DNA of 64,000 bases. It comes from Ranitomeya imitator (taxonomy: Eukaryota). This document shows, piece by piece, positions 20,071-32,187 of this stretch. Position numbers and translations under genes: made by a program. The stretch's first letter is position 1; every line of letters starts with the position of its first letter. The notes beneath the pieces were generated by a model. The model made no database searches, was not told the DNA's origin, and saw nothing but the letters and a program-made list of their open reading frames with translations. Location of the stretch: NCBI RefSeq assembly GCF_032444005.1, contig NC_091285.1, forward strand, positions 19,840,001-19,904,000, written 5' to 3'.

Positions 20071-21675
20071 TTACGTTTTAATCCTCACCCAGCTATCTAA
20101 ATAGCGTCCAAAAAAATGTTCCCCAAATACACATAACGCCGCATGAAGGGGCTCGGAGAAGGTGGCAGTGAAGGTGTGTAAGTGTCTGATGGGGTCACAC
20201 AGCTCATAAAAGGACAACTGCCCGACCTCATAATCCAGACATATCCTGAATCTATTACTGGAGATCTTGTCAGGTAACCGGATCTCTTTACTGTCATGTA
20301 TAACTGAGTACTGATACTTATATCTCCACAAACTCCAGGACTTGTTATTATTTCCAATGTATGATCTACCTCCCCTCCTCTCTATACTGGGATAACACAT
20401 ACCCACCCTCCAACCCCCTGATCTCCTGCTCTCCACATCCCAGTAATGGCGTCCTGAGGTAAATCCTCTCCTGCTCATCACCTGATAATCCTGGAATCTC
20501 TCTGCTGTTTCTGGACGATTTAGTTCCTCTTGTGTCCCTGATGCAGTTTTCAGGTCGTCTGATATAAGGAGATTATTAGCGGCTGTGGTTACATCCAGTA
20601 ATATGTCTGCAGGATCCTCCACATAGATCCCCCTCCTTATACCTGATATTACCTCACATAATGTGTGTAATATGTGTGAGATCTCAGCCACATCCAGGTC
20701 ATCTCCATCATGGGGCTGTTTATCATGTCCTCCTGTGTCCTCATCACCTCCCTCCTCCTCAGGATCACACAAGTCACCGGTGTCTGGTTCCTGTAAGACA
20801 GTCAGTGGATCCGTCATGTTACACAGCTCCTCAATGTGTCTCATCTTCCTGGACAGCTCGTCCTTCTTTATTTCCAGCTGATGGATCAGAGCAGACAGTG
20901 ACAGTGACTCTTCCTTCTCCTGCCTGGAGATCTCACCCAGGACCTTCTTCTCCAGGTCGTCCACCCGTCTCCTGATGTCTGTACACAGGGCAGTGACTCT
21001 CTCGGCTTCACCAGCTGCTTTTTCTTGAGCTTTTATACTTCGCTCCTCCAGACTCCGACCCCTTTCCACAATCTCCTCTTTCTTTGTGGTCAGTTTCTGG
21101 AGAACAGTTCTTAGTTTTTTTTTCTTCTTCTTCCAGGCCTCATCCAGTGACTCCATTTTATGTCCTCTATGTTTCTCAATCAAAGTACAGGACACACAGA
21201 TACAAGCCGCGTCCTCAGTGCAGTAATATTCCAGGATCTTCTTATGGACAGAACATTTCCTTTTCTCCAGAGAAGTGCTGGGATCAGATAAGACGTGTTC
21301 TGGTGATTTGCTGTGAACCCTCAGGTGTTTATCACACAGAGAAGCCTCACAGTGAAGACAGGATCTAACAGCAGGTACAGGAGAGTCCACACAGTAAGTG
21401 CAGCAGATCCCGGTGATCACCTCTTGTTCTTGCTGAGTAAACAGGAAACGTTCTGCGACATTATGGAGATTTATGTTCCTCATCAGTGCCGGCCGCTCCC
21501 GAAACTTTTCTCTGCATTCAGGACATGAATAAACTTCAGACCCGTCCTGTGTATCCAGCGCACGATCAATACAGACCCGGCAGAAGTTGTGTCCACATCT
21601 CAGCGTTACAGGGTCCTTAAAAATAGATAAACAGATGGAGCAGAGCAGCTCGTCTCCCAGAATAGCAGACGCCAT
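20071..21675 (-). CDS. TRIM E3 ligase copy 2, RING-Bbox1-Bbox2-CC-PRY/SPRY, 534 aa, single coding exon
   Basis: C3HC4 RING (CSIC...CGHNFC...C...CPEC), CTYC...C..C....C..H..H B-box1, CSVH...C...C....H..H B-box2, GRHYWDVE and GQLSFY SPRY motifs. Confidence 0.96.
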   Translation of the reverse strand: MASAILGDELLCSICLSIFKDPVTLRCGHNFCRVCIDRALDTQDGSEVYSCPECREKFRERPALMRNINLHNVAERFLFTQQEQEVITGICCTYCVDSPVPAVRSCLHCEASLCDKHLRVHSKSPEHVLSDPSTSLEKRKCSVHKKILEYYCTEDAACICVSCTLIEKHRGHKMESLDEAWKKKKKKLRTVLQKLTTKKEEIVERGRSLEERSIKAQEKAAGEAERVTALCTDIRRRVDDLEKKVLGEISRQEKEESLSLSALIHQLEIKKDELSRKMRHIEELCNMTDPLTVLQEPDTGDLCDPEEEGGDEDTGGHDKQPHDGDDLDVAEISHILHTLCEVISGIRRGIYVEDPADILLDVTTAANNLLISDDLKTASGTQEELNRPETAERFQDYQVMSRRGFTSGRHYWDVESRRSGGWRVGMCYPSIERRGGRSYIGNNNKSWSLWRYKYQYSVIHDSKEIRLPDKISSNRFRICLDYEVGQLSFYELCDPIRHLHTFTATFSEPLHAALCVFGEHFFGRYLDSWVRIKT

Positions 21676-21914
21676 GGCTGATGGAAGATATGAAACTAAA
21701 TGTGTATGATGTGGGATGAACAGTAAACTCTTAGTTACACCCCTTTTACTTAACTCCTTAAAGATGCAGCATTTTTTTTCGATCTCTCAATTGTAAAAGC
21801 CATAGCTGTACTATTGTTCCATCGATGGAGCCGCATTATTGCAATTTTTAATGGAATTAGTTGAAAATTGTAAAGGCTAACAGAAAAATAGAATTATTTA
21901 AGCTGAAAGTATCC

Positions 21915-22180
21915 TGTTGTCCGGTGTCCCGAGACCAGGGACTCCTTCCCTGTCCCTAATGCTAGAGGGGCCCTAGCTTGCCCTGCTCTCTGGATTACTT
22001 CTGATGGTGAAGATGTCGGGGTCACGTACCTTAATTTAGCTCCTGAATCCGCACTCAGTCTGTACCCTTTGCCCACCCAGGCAAGAGAGGATTAGTAGTG
22101 TACAGTAATACACCAACTAGACTAACAAGGTAATATGAACAGGGGTAACGAAAAATAACAAACATACAAATACAGTTGTG
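21915..22180. mobile_element. Possible LTR fragment
   Basis: Composition and motifs recall frog Gypsy-type LTRs. Recognition only; no TSD or termini were found. Confidence 0.3.
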
Positions 22181-22499
22181 CTTTTAAGTTTACATACCTG
22201 GCAAAATTTTTGCTTTCTTGGCCTTTTTTCAGAGAATATGAATGCTAACACCAAAACCTTTTCTCCTCTCATGGTTAGTGGTTGGGTGAAGCCATTTCTT
22301 GTCAAACTACTGTGTTTTCTCTTTTTACATCACAACGACAACCCAGAGTTACCAATCTAAACCTCTATTACGAGATGGAGTGTTTATGACTATGATATGG
22401 GCTTTTAACATGTCTCATTAGAAAATTTCTTCTAGATATCCCCAGTGTCAATAACATCTCATTAACATGGAAATGGGAAGAGAACAATGGTTTTGAAAA

Positions 22500-23800
22500 A
22501 GAACTTCAGTACAGGTTAAAAGCAAGAGGGGAGTATTAGAAGATATTTTGGGGGATTAGTAACAGTGGGAAGTTTAATTAACACTATGGACATTCATACA
22601 CTTAGATCTGAAAAATATTGGGTATATTGGGGTAAAGGGATAAAGATTCAGAAAAGTTTGAATCAAATCCTTGAAAAGATTATTTTGAACACTGCTGCCG
22701 TATTGCGATCTTCGGTATCAGATTTCCAAGATGCTACTTTAGCTTTAATGGAAAGTCAACAGGAATCTCAAGTGGCCAAAACATGTTTAGAAATTCAGAT
22801 TGAATATTCCACCAATCTGAAAATGATTGCACAAGCATTACAAAGTGGAATTACACCGTTAGGATTAATGAGAAATTTACCTAAAGAATATAATTTAGCA
22901 TTAAATCATTCAGATTTGTGGGTTAGTAAGTGGTTAGGATGTGAACGGAACATTTGTGTAGGAACATCACTGATTGCAGTGTCGGGAAGAGAAGAAGCCC
23001 TGGTTCCTTTAACTGTTCTGGGAATGCCTATTAGTAACACACAAAAACATTGAAAAACTAGACATTAATTCATGCTTAAATTTTGTTTCTAAGGTAATGT
23101 GTCTACCTGGACAGAATAAAGTCATTTATCATTCATGTTTCCATAATCATGCCTCATCTCATGCCAGAGTTGAGAATGTACCCACGATACATGACTTGGT
23201 GACACCAATAAGCGCTACCAAAATTTGTTCCCAAGTTATGTCAGAAAAATAATTTGTTTTTGTATTGTTTTCGTCAAATGTACGTGCTGAAAATCTAACA
23301 ATAGGTTTGCACTGTATTGAGGCAAATGTGAAAACTCTCAAAGAACGAAGGAAGTATTGTCAATAGGTACAAGAAATCTGAAAATCCTTCCGATACCGTA
23401 CAATTTGTCAAAAATAAATCATTTTCCTTGGGATATGTGGACAAATTAGATAAAGGCAAGGGTTTGTTAAGTTTGTTAACAAAACAACTAAAAGAAACTG
23501 AAATTATATTCACACACGAGCAAGGGAATTTAAAGGATATTAGTCAAGTATGTCACTCATCTTGGTGGAAATGTACATCAGATACATCAGTTCTCTGTTT
23601 GTCAGAACTACAGGACTTTTGTCAGAACTGTCAATATAGCTTTTGGAGATAGTAAATGGTTCTCAAAGGTAATAAGCTATAGACTTAAGTATTTCAAAAT
23701 GAGGTATTGTACAAATAACGAAAATGCATATTCCATAAGTTACTACTGTTCTTCTAATATGGTGGAAGCTACGAACATAGCAGCAAATCTACATATGTGG
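22500..23800 (+). pseudogene. Degenerate Env / class I fusion-protein-like sequence
   Basis: KSKR|GVLEDILG-(1-nt frameshift in a G run at about 22551)-GLVTVGSLINTMD..., then a heptad-like helix, CLEIQ...ALQSGITP, a Cys-rich segment and a degenerate hydrophobic stretch VTTVLLIWWKLR near 23740-23780. Confidence 0.5.
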
Positions 23801-23989
23801 TTATGAAACAGGAAAAATAGAAACCAATGTAAGTCTTTGGGTCAAAATAGTATATAAGTTGACCTAGCTCCCGTTGAGAAAGATCGCTCATTCTCTGAGA
23901 ATCTCCAACCCAGACGACACCGTACCTCAAGACCATATGTAAGAACTAATGAATACAGTCACAGTGCAGAGAGCCAGAAGATGTATGGA

Positions 23990-24360
23990 TGGAGCACTAT
24001 TTGGGTCCCATTCAGTATGGAGCATTATATGGGGCCCATTCTGTTCCGAGCAATACATGGGGCCCATTCTGTATGGAGCATTATATGGGGTCCAGTATTC
24101 TGTATGGGGCATTATATGGGGTCCAGTATTCTGTATGGAGCAATATATGAGTTCCATTATTCTGTATGGAGCATTATATGGGGTTTATTATTCCGTATGG
24201 TGCAATAATATATGGGGCCCATTCTGTATGGAGCATTATATGGGGATCATTATTCTGTATGGAGCAATATATGGAGCCTATTCTGTTTGGAGCATTATGA
24301 GGTCTATTATTCTGTATGGAGCATTACATGGGGTCCATTATTCTGTATGGAGCATTATAT
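23990..24360 (+). repeat. Degenerate minisatellite of about 28 bp (ctgtatggagcattatatggggcccatt)
   Basis: The motif recurs more than 10 times. Confidence 0.85.
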
Positions 24361-25990
24361 GCATGATGTACATGACGCCATGAGATGATAATAACCGGAT
24401 GGTGGAAGAGGAGATAGAGGATATAAAAAAGGGGACTATAAAGAATAACGTGTATACCAATGCAAAAGAGCAGGAAATGATCGTGTGGGCGGAGGAAGGA
24501 ATACAGTGTGACACCAAACTACATAGTAGTGAAGTGAAAAAAGGAGGCTCAATCACAAGAATAGGAAGGGAAAATTTGTTTTGCCAAAGGGGAAGAAATA
24601 AGATAAAAACGCTAATGTAGCATGTAAACATAAAAAAAGTGAACAGAAAAAAAAATGTATTCTTACCTGGCGGGTAGAGAGAGCTGCACCGCCCCCGCAA
24701 GTGACATCACTGGTCTTTTTGAATGGCTAATCTGACTGTGCTCTGTTGCCGACTCTTTACTGCTGATCTAAGCTGACAACAGGGTGCGCGCTGTCATTGT
24801 GCACAGCGCGCAGGGACTAGCCCAGCCCCTGAAACGAACATCACTGATGACACTTTGTTTTAGTGACTGCAGCCTCTGCCCTGTGATGACACTTCTTTTG
24901 AGTATCCCAGCATGCACTGGGATTCTCAAATGAAGTGTCACCAGAAAGGAAGGAGGCAAAAAAATAAAATAGCAGTTAGGTAGTGTAGTTAGGGAATGGT
25001 AGGGAATTTGTAATGCAAGAACATTCGAAAATAGTTTAGATTAGGGAATCAAAAAGATAAGGATTTTAAATTTACTTTGCCTTCGGACCACACCTAAAAA
25101 TGTTGACTACCTCTGACTTTTTGATATGTTTCCCAGAAAGAAAGAAAGGTATTGGTAACCCTACATGGAAACTAAGCAGCTTTTTACTACAGTACTATAT
25201 TCTGTTAGTGTTGAGTGACGAAGATCATTTCAACATATCTGTGAAACATGGACTCTGCTCACATTGCAACAGCCAGAACAACCGCCATTACAACAGCCAA
25301 GAGAACAGTCATTAGAACAGCTGGAAGACCACTGTGTCTCCCGAACTGACCTAAGTGTCTCATGGATGTCTGTGGCTGTTGAGTTCTGTTCAGGAGACCC
25401 GCGGTCAGTCCGTATATGACAAATTATACTCAGATTGTGAAACATGGATGTAATGTATGAACCAAGCCTTAGAGGGGCCACCTCTTCCCTCTGCCGCTCC
25501 TATGTAACTATGTTATCTAAGGGGTTCAATGTCCAGATACTTCGCTATCTCCACTCCTGGACTTTGCAGCAGTGTCAACTGTATTCTGTAGTTGACTCAA
25601 ACTGCTTATATGTAATAAATAATCTCTAGAGCACGCGCCATCCTCAATCTGCACAGAGCTTCATAATGTGATTGCTCTCACAGACTACAGATCAGGCGTA
25701 CACAACATTTTCTCTTCTGAAGGCCAAAAATTTCACATTCTACCGCTCCCAATGCCGACAATAAAACATAAATGTGTACTTCCACCTGGACACTATATTT
25801 GAGATGAGCAAATAAATTTGAGTGGGATTTCATCTTACTAGAATATTACAAATATCCGCGTTCACCAAAATGTATATTTTTTTGTAATATGCTTCAAATT
25901 TCTCAGCCATAACTGGCCATTAGAAGGTTAAGACAATGTTCCTATGTACCTCACCGTTCATCTCTACAGCTCCACCGATACTCACCGCCA

Positions 25991-26240
25991 CCCGTCTGGT
26001 CCTAACCGCATCTTCTGATCCCCATCCATCTTGATGGAATATTCTGTTCTTTTGTACTTCCAGGTGTCATGGTGCCTGGGATGGTTCTGTGCAGGTGCAT
26101 GCAAAAGTCGTAACATCATGACATTGTTGACCTCCCGCACTCCTGCCCAGAACCATGCCAGGTACCATTTGAAGTACAAAAGAACAGAATATTCCATCAA
26201 GATGGATGGGGATCAGAAGATGCGGTTAGGACCAGACGGG
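25991..26240. repeat. Perfect 70-bp inverted repeat with a 110-bp partly self-complementary spacer
   Basis: 25991-26060 is the exact reverse complement of 26171-26240. Confidence 0.95.
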
Positions 26241-26616
26241 TCCTCTCAGGGACATGACACGAGGAAGTACGACAATGCAAGAGGACCAAATACTAGAAGA
26301 TGCAGATAAGATTGGACAGGTGGCGGAAAGTCTGAAAAGGTACTGTAAGTGGTGAGATGAGTATAACTATTTTTTATGCTCTGAAGAGACACCAGAGAAT
26401 AAGGGATATTTAATTCAGCAGAATACCTTCTCCGTGAATCGACTTTTAGGGAAGACCTGCGCAATCAGATGAATTCAAATCTTGCATGATCCACTCATCT
26501 CTGTTATATATCATACATGTCTAATAGTGTGCACAGAGCTCAGATCCAGAGCTAGTAAAATGGGGTGCCAAGCAAAGAACACATTAATATATGACTAGAC
26601 TGTGTATGTATTTATA

Positions 26617-27027
26617 TAGTCTTGGTCGAAAGTGTTGGCACCCTTGAAATTGTTCCAGAAAATGAAGTATTTCTTCCAGAAAATCTTTTGTTATATGTTT
26701 ATTTAATTTGTGCGTATTGGAACAACACGGAAAAAAAAAAAAAACAGAATAAAAAAGGTAAATTGGCCATAATGTGACACGAAACCCCTAAAATGGGACG
26801 GACAAAACAGGTGAGTAAACAACTTTGTTTCAAGCATGTGATGTTCATTCAGACTCACCTGTGGCAAGTAACAGGTGAGGATAATACGAAAATTATACCT
26901 GAAACAAGATAAAAAGGGAAGAAGTTGACTCAGTCCTTTGCATTGTGCGTCTGTGTGGGCCACACTAAGCATGGAGAACAGAAAGAGGAGAAGAGAACGG
27001 TCTGAGGACTTGAGAACCAAAATTGTC
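26617..27027 (+). mobile_element. Tc1 5' fragment
   Basis: TIR-like agtcttggtcgaaagtgttggcacccttg and transposase start MENRKRRRERSEDLRTKIV, then truncated. Confidence 0.65.
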
Positions 27028-29195
27028 ATATCTAATACATTAACACATTTACAATAGAAATTTGCCTTCCTTTATGTTCTGGCAGTCCTTCCCACTCGCC
27101 GGACACCTTGATATCTAAACATAATGGACACAGCTCTGTTCATACATCGCTTATTTCTGGTGGAAGAACTTACCTACAAACCACATAGGAGGAAGCTAAA
27201 TAATCAGCTGCAGTTTGCCCATGTGAGGGTGGGGAGTACTTATTTAAAGGGTTATTATCACAATATCAATCGCAGCTCATTGGCTTAAGATACTAAAATA
27301 AATAAAGTTGTGGAATGCAATCAATTTCCAAAATTGCTCACCACTCCAGACATCACCCCTGTATAGAGGCTTTTACCTACCTGGTTGCCCATGGATACGT
27401 CGGTAGTTCTTTCATGGATCGTCGCACATGCTCAGTAGATGCTCAGTAGATATTGGCTGCTCTTCTAAAGTGGGTGTGTGAATTTACCGTCCTCTATGTA
27501 CAAGGTTGGACATGAGCACTGTGAGGCGACTCCAATAAAATGGAGGAACGGGGATCCTCTTCCCAAACCGTGCCACTCAGTGGTGTGGTAGACAATGCGG
27601 GTATTCAACCACCAATTATTTTTCTCATATACAAAATTGATATTTCTGTCCATATTTGTTATAATGGCCGCTTCCTATCTATAAATATAACTGGGCCTTC
27701 ATCTGTACTGTCCGAAAGAGAATCTGTCTTTGATACCTCTAGTGACCAATCAGAGTTCAGTTTTCATGTTTTAAACAGCTGTGGTAAAATGTAAGCTGCA
27801 CTGTGATTGGTTACTATGGTTAACAAAGAGATAAGAGAGGACACATAGAGGAAAGATATCTAAACACATACAGAATTGGAGGAAAGAGGAGTAGAAACTT
27901 TTCCACACGATGGTCGGGAGAGACAAGAGTTACATTAGCACCACGGCCCCTTGTGTTAGCTTTAGAAGATAACAGAGGAGTTGAAGGGGCAGCTAAAATC
28001 TTGCAAGGGGGAATGCTGGGAACTTGGAGAAGAAGCAGGTGCTTGTGGGAAATGTAGTGGTCATATGAGCAGCAGTGAAGGACCGCCCACTGCACACTGA
28101 GCACAGACGTACAGAGAGATATGGAGGAGAAGGAGCCAGAAAAAGACGTAAAAAATTACCCAGCGAGGATCTGAAGACATGGATGGGTTACTTTAGAGAA
28201 GTTATTACTGTACGGAAAAAAAAAATAAATTCAGGGATAAATCCTTTAATTTTCAAATCTTGAAGAGTTCACACCCACACACACGTAATAAAACACAACG
28301 GCTCCAATATACAAGGGTTTATCTGTTTATTACACACAGACTGTGGAACACAGCGGATATTACAAGCAGAGGTGTAACTATAAGGGGTGCGGGAACTAAA
28401 GTCACTCATAGGAAAGATGTGGCAGCCGTAAAAATCGGTAGAACATCACCCGAAACCAGATATATTAGTGACAAGTGTACGATAGAGGAATACTTCATAT
28501 CCCTTATACATATTACTATATAGTGACATCACTAATTATCAGAAATGTATATACAATATTGTAAGAATATAATCAAAATGCTAATTAGTTCATGTTCATC
28601 CCACACCCAATTATCATTTTTTGCACTTTCCGTTCCTTGTCTTTTTCCCAAAAGCCATAACAATTTTTTTTTTCATATTGTAATCGATATAGTCAAATAT
28701 ACATGTGTGATAAAAAATTTTGGAAACCTGTAAAAAAAAAATGGATTTCTGTCACCATTTCCCGAGGCTCGTAACCTTTTTGTTTTATGTTTATATTTTT
28801 GTATTTTTTTTTCTTAGATCTATATAACATATTTATTTAATTAATATTTTTTGAATATTTGAGTTTCAATTCTCTATTTTTTAGTCCCCTTAGGCTATAT
28901 AACCTGCAGTTATGACCCGGATCATGTGGTAAATGAAGCCAGTCTTTTTTCCAGCCAGTACAGACCTCACGGTCGCAACTTAATAGTGAGACGGAACGTT
29001 CTATATGTAAATTTAAAGAAATAAATGTGGATATAAAAAGTTAGGTCTCTCCTATCATATTCTGGTAGAAGAGAAGGAACATACTAGGGTCTAACTGCTT
29101 CAGTGAAAAATTCAGATTTTGGGAAGTGATTAATGTTCTAGATCCAGAGCTTCAACATTACCTGAGCAAAAATGTGTCATCAGAAAACTACTTAA

Positions 29196-29570
29196 AGAGT
29201 TTGTCCACTACTTTTTGATTGATGACCTATCCTTAGGATAGGTCATAAATATCTGGTTGACAATTGACACCCCGCCGATCACCCGTTATCGGTGGTGCCA
29301 GCCACCGCCCGGAAGTACTCACTTGTGGAGCTGGCCATCTTCTGATATTGGCCGACACAGGGTACTACACGTCTGCCTCCGATTGATTTGAAGAGGCAAA
29401 TGTGTAGTACCAAGCCTCGCCCACTACTAGAAGACAGAGCAGCCCCGCAAGAGAGTATTTCCGGCCAGCAGCAGATCGCAGGGGGTGCTGGATGTCGGAC
29501 CCCGACCGGTCAGACATTGATGACCTATCCTAACGATAGGTCATCAATCAAAAAGTAGTGGCCAACCTCT
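29196..29570. mobile_element. T2/Kolobok-type MITE
   Basis: TTAA|agagtttgtccactactttttgattgatgacctatcc ... ggtcatcaatcaaaaagtagtggccaacctct|TTAA. Confidence 0.85.
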
Positions 29571-30585
29571 TTAATGTTGAAATTAAGTTTTGGGGTTTAA
29601 ATTAATTTTCTAAACTTTTTTTTACATTATTTTTCATATCACAATCAGTATTTATTTTTTTTAAATAGAAATCATGCAATTTTCACACTGCAATGATGAA
29701 TAAACTCTGACCACATCTTTTGTATCTAAGTACTGGGTGAGTTTGCGCAAAGATCATCGTAAAAGGTGGTAGAGCAGGGTCAGCTGTGACATCACCTAGA
29801 GGTGAATAGCAAGAATACTAATTTTACTTTATAATAGGCATTGTGATATGAAACATTGACAAATTAAAAGAAAAATACATTTAACAACTAACCCAATTTA
29901 AACGGTAGGCCATTTTCTGAGGATACATTTTCTCTAAGATGTCCTTGAGGACTGGTGGTTTAGTAGGTGTGTGATGCCTGGACCAGAGAAACCAAATGTA
30001 ATGGGATGGGTGTAGGCTTTTCTCTAGTGTGACATGTTTTAGGGTACTTCAGGGGAAATAACATCTAACCACCTAGACGAATAGTTTGCCTTATACTAGT
30101 AATAAAAATTAGGGTGAATCCTCTATGCCTATTTTGGGGACAAAATTGAGTCTTAGTTGTCCATCAGGCCGTAGCAAGGAGTTAAAAAGGATGAGGACTT
30201 GATGGAGAAGGACTTCAGGAGATATTATATAGCAGAAGATCATTATTCTTCTGTAACTGTACAGTATTCGGGATATTTGTACTCTAACATAAGTGAAAAG
30301 TGAGGTTTAGTGAGAAGAGAAGATCATGGTTGGCCTAAATGTGCGCTCTTAACATTCTGATTGAGACCGATTGTTATAGTAAAGAGTGAGAGTAATGTGA
30401 TGTAATGTAGGATGAGGGACAGTAAAGTTCAAAATTTTGATTTTCCTAATTTAATTTTAAAATTTGACGCTCTCCTGAACTTGATGAAGATAACTAGAAT
30501 AAATCTGAAATGTGTTCAACAGTATGCCATTAACGATGATCCAACCACTGTTAATTGACTCATGCCTCTTATAGGTCACTATTCC

Positions 30586-32187
30586 TTAACTTCTAATCCT
30601 TAACCAGCTATCTACGTAGCATCCTTTGACCTTTCTCCAAAATACACAAAAAGCAACATGGAGGGGCTCGGAGAAGGTGGCAGTGAAGGTGTGTAAGTGC
30701 CTGATGGGATCACAAAGCTCATAAAAGGACAACTGCCCGGCCACATAATCCAGACAAATCCTGAATTTATCACTGGAGATATTGTCGGGCAAAAGAATTT
30801 CTTTCTTGTCATGTCTCATAAAATAATGATTACTATGTGTTCTGCACAAACTCCAGGACTTATTATTATTTCCAGCGTATGACTGACGGCCTCTTCTGTC
30901 TATACTGGGATAACACATCCCCACCCTCCCACATCCTAATCTACTGATCTCCACATCCCAGTAATGTTGTCCTGAGGAAAATCCCCTCGTGCTCATCACC
31001 TGATAATCCTGGAATCTCTCTGATGTTTCTGGACGTTTCTGCTTCTCTTCTTTCCAAATTGCAGTTTTCAGGTCGTCTGATATAAGAAGATTATTAGAAG
31101 CTGTGGTTACATCCAGTAATATGTCTGCAGGACCCTCCACATAGATCCCGCTCCTTATACCTGATATTACCTCACATAATGTGTGTAATGTGTGTGAGAT
31201 CTCAGCCACATCCAGGTCATCTCCATCATGGAGCTGTTTATCATGTCCTCCTGTGTCCTCATCACCTCCCTCCTCCTCAGGATCACACAAGTCACCGGTG
31301 TCTGGTTCCTGTAAGACAGTCAGTGGATCCCTCATGTTACACAGCTCCTCAATGTGTCTCATCTTCCTGGACAGCTCGTCCTTCTTTATTTCCAGCTGCT
31401 TGGTAAGAGTAGACAGTGACACTTCCTTTTCCTGCCTGGAGATCTCACACAGGACCTTCTTCTCCAGGTCGTCCAGCTGTCTCCTGAGGTCTACAAACAG
31501 GGCAGTGACTCTCTTGGCTTCTCCAGCTGCCTTTTTTTGAACTTTTCTCCTGTGATCCTTCAGAGTCTGGACTTTCTCCTCTGTTCTCTTTTTCTTTGTG
31601 ATCAGTTTCTGCAGAACATTTCTCAGTTTCGTCTTCTTCTTCTCTGAGGCCTCATCCAGCATCTCCACCCGATGTCCCCGATGTTCTCCAGCCAAACTAC
31701 AGGACACACACATACAAACAGCGTCCTCAGTGCAGTAATATTCCAGGATCTTCTTATGGACAGAACATTTCCTTTTCTCCAGAGAAGTGCTGGGATCAGA
31801 TAAGACGTGTTCTGGTGATTTGCTGTGAACTTTCAGGTGTTTATCACACAGAGAAGCCTCACAGAGTAGACAGGATCTAACAGCAGATACAGGAGAGTCC
31901 ACACAGTAAGTGCAGCAGATCCCGGTGATCTCCTCTTGTTCTGAATGAGTAACCAGGAAACGTTCTGCGACATTATTGAGATTTATGTTCCTCATCAGTG
32001 TAGGCCGCTCCCAAAACTCTTCTCTGCATTCTGGACAGGAGTAAACTTCCGACTTCTCCTGTGTATCCAGCACAAGATCAATACAGACCCGGCAGAAGTT
32101 GTGTCCACATCTCAGTATTACAGGATCCTTAAAAATAGATAAACAGATGGAGCAGAGCAGCTCGTCTCTCAGATCAGCAGACGCCAT
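30586..32187 (-). CDS. TRIM E3 ligase copy 3, 533 aa
   Basis: Same architecture. The true start is taken as MASADLRD at 32187; the upstream ATG at 32244 lies 5' of the conserved acceptor. Confidence 0.95.
   Translation of the reverse strand: MASADLRDELLCSICLSIFKDPVILRCGHNFCRVCIDLVLDTQEKSEVYSCPECREEFWERPTLMRNINLNNVAERFLVTHSEQEEITGICCTYCVDSPVSAVRSCLLCEASLCDKHLKVHSKSPEHVLSDPSTSLEKRKCSVHKKILEYYCTEDAVCMCVSCSLAGEHRGHRVEMLDEASEKKKTKLRNVLQKLITKKKRTEEKVQTLKDHRRKVQKKAAGEAKRVTALFVDLRRQLDDLEKKVLCEISRQEKEVSLSTLTKQLEIKKDELSRKMRHIEELCNMRDPLTVLQEPDTGDLCDPEEEGGDEDTGGHDKQLHDGDDLDVAEISHTLHTLCEVISGIRSGIYVEGPADILLDVTTASNNLLISDDLKTAIWKEEKQKRPETSERFQDYQVMSTRGFSSGQHYWDVEISRLGCGRVGMCYPSIDRRGRQSYAGNNNKSWSLCRTHSNHYFMRHDKKEILLPDNISSDKFRICLDYVAGQLSFYELCDPIRHLHTFTATFSEPLHVAFCVFWRKVKGCYVDSWLRIRS

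Noticed and set aside
23927-24383. Tyr/Gly-rich ORFs resembling keratin-associated proteins
   Set aside because: They are translations of a degenerate minisatellite and open in several frames.
24660-24960. Donor-like CAG|GTAAG with GC-rich upstream sequence as TRIM copy 2 exon 1
   Set aside because: cttacc/ctcacc motifs are frequent inside the MITEs of this window, and no homologous block was recognised near the other copies.
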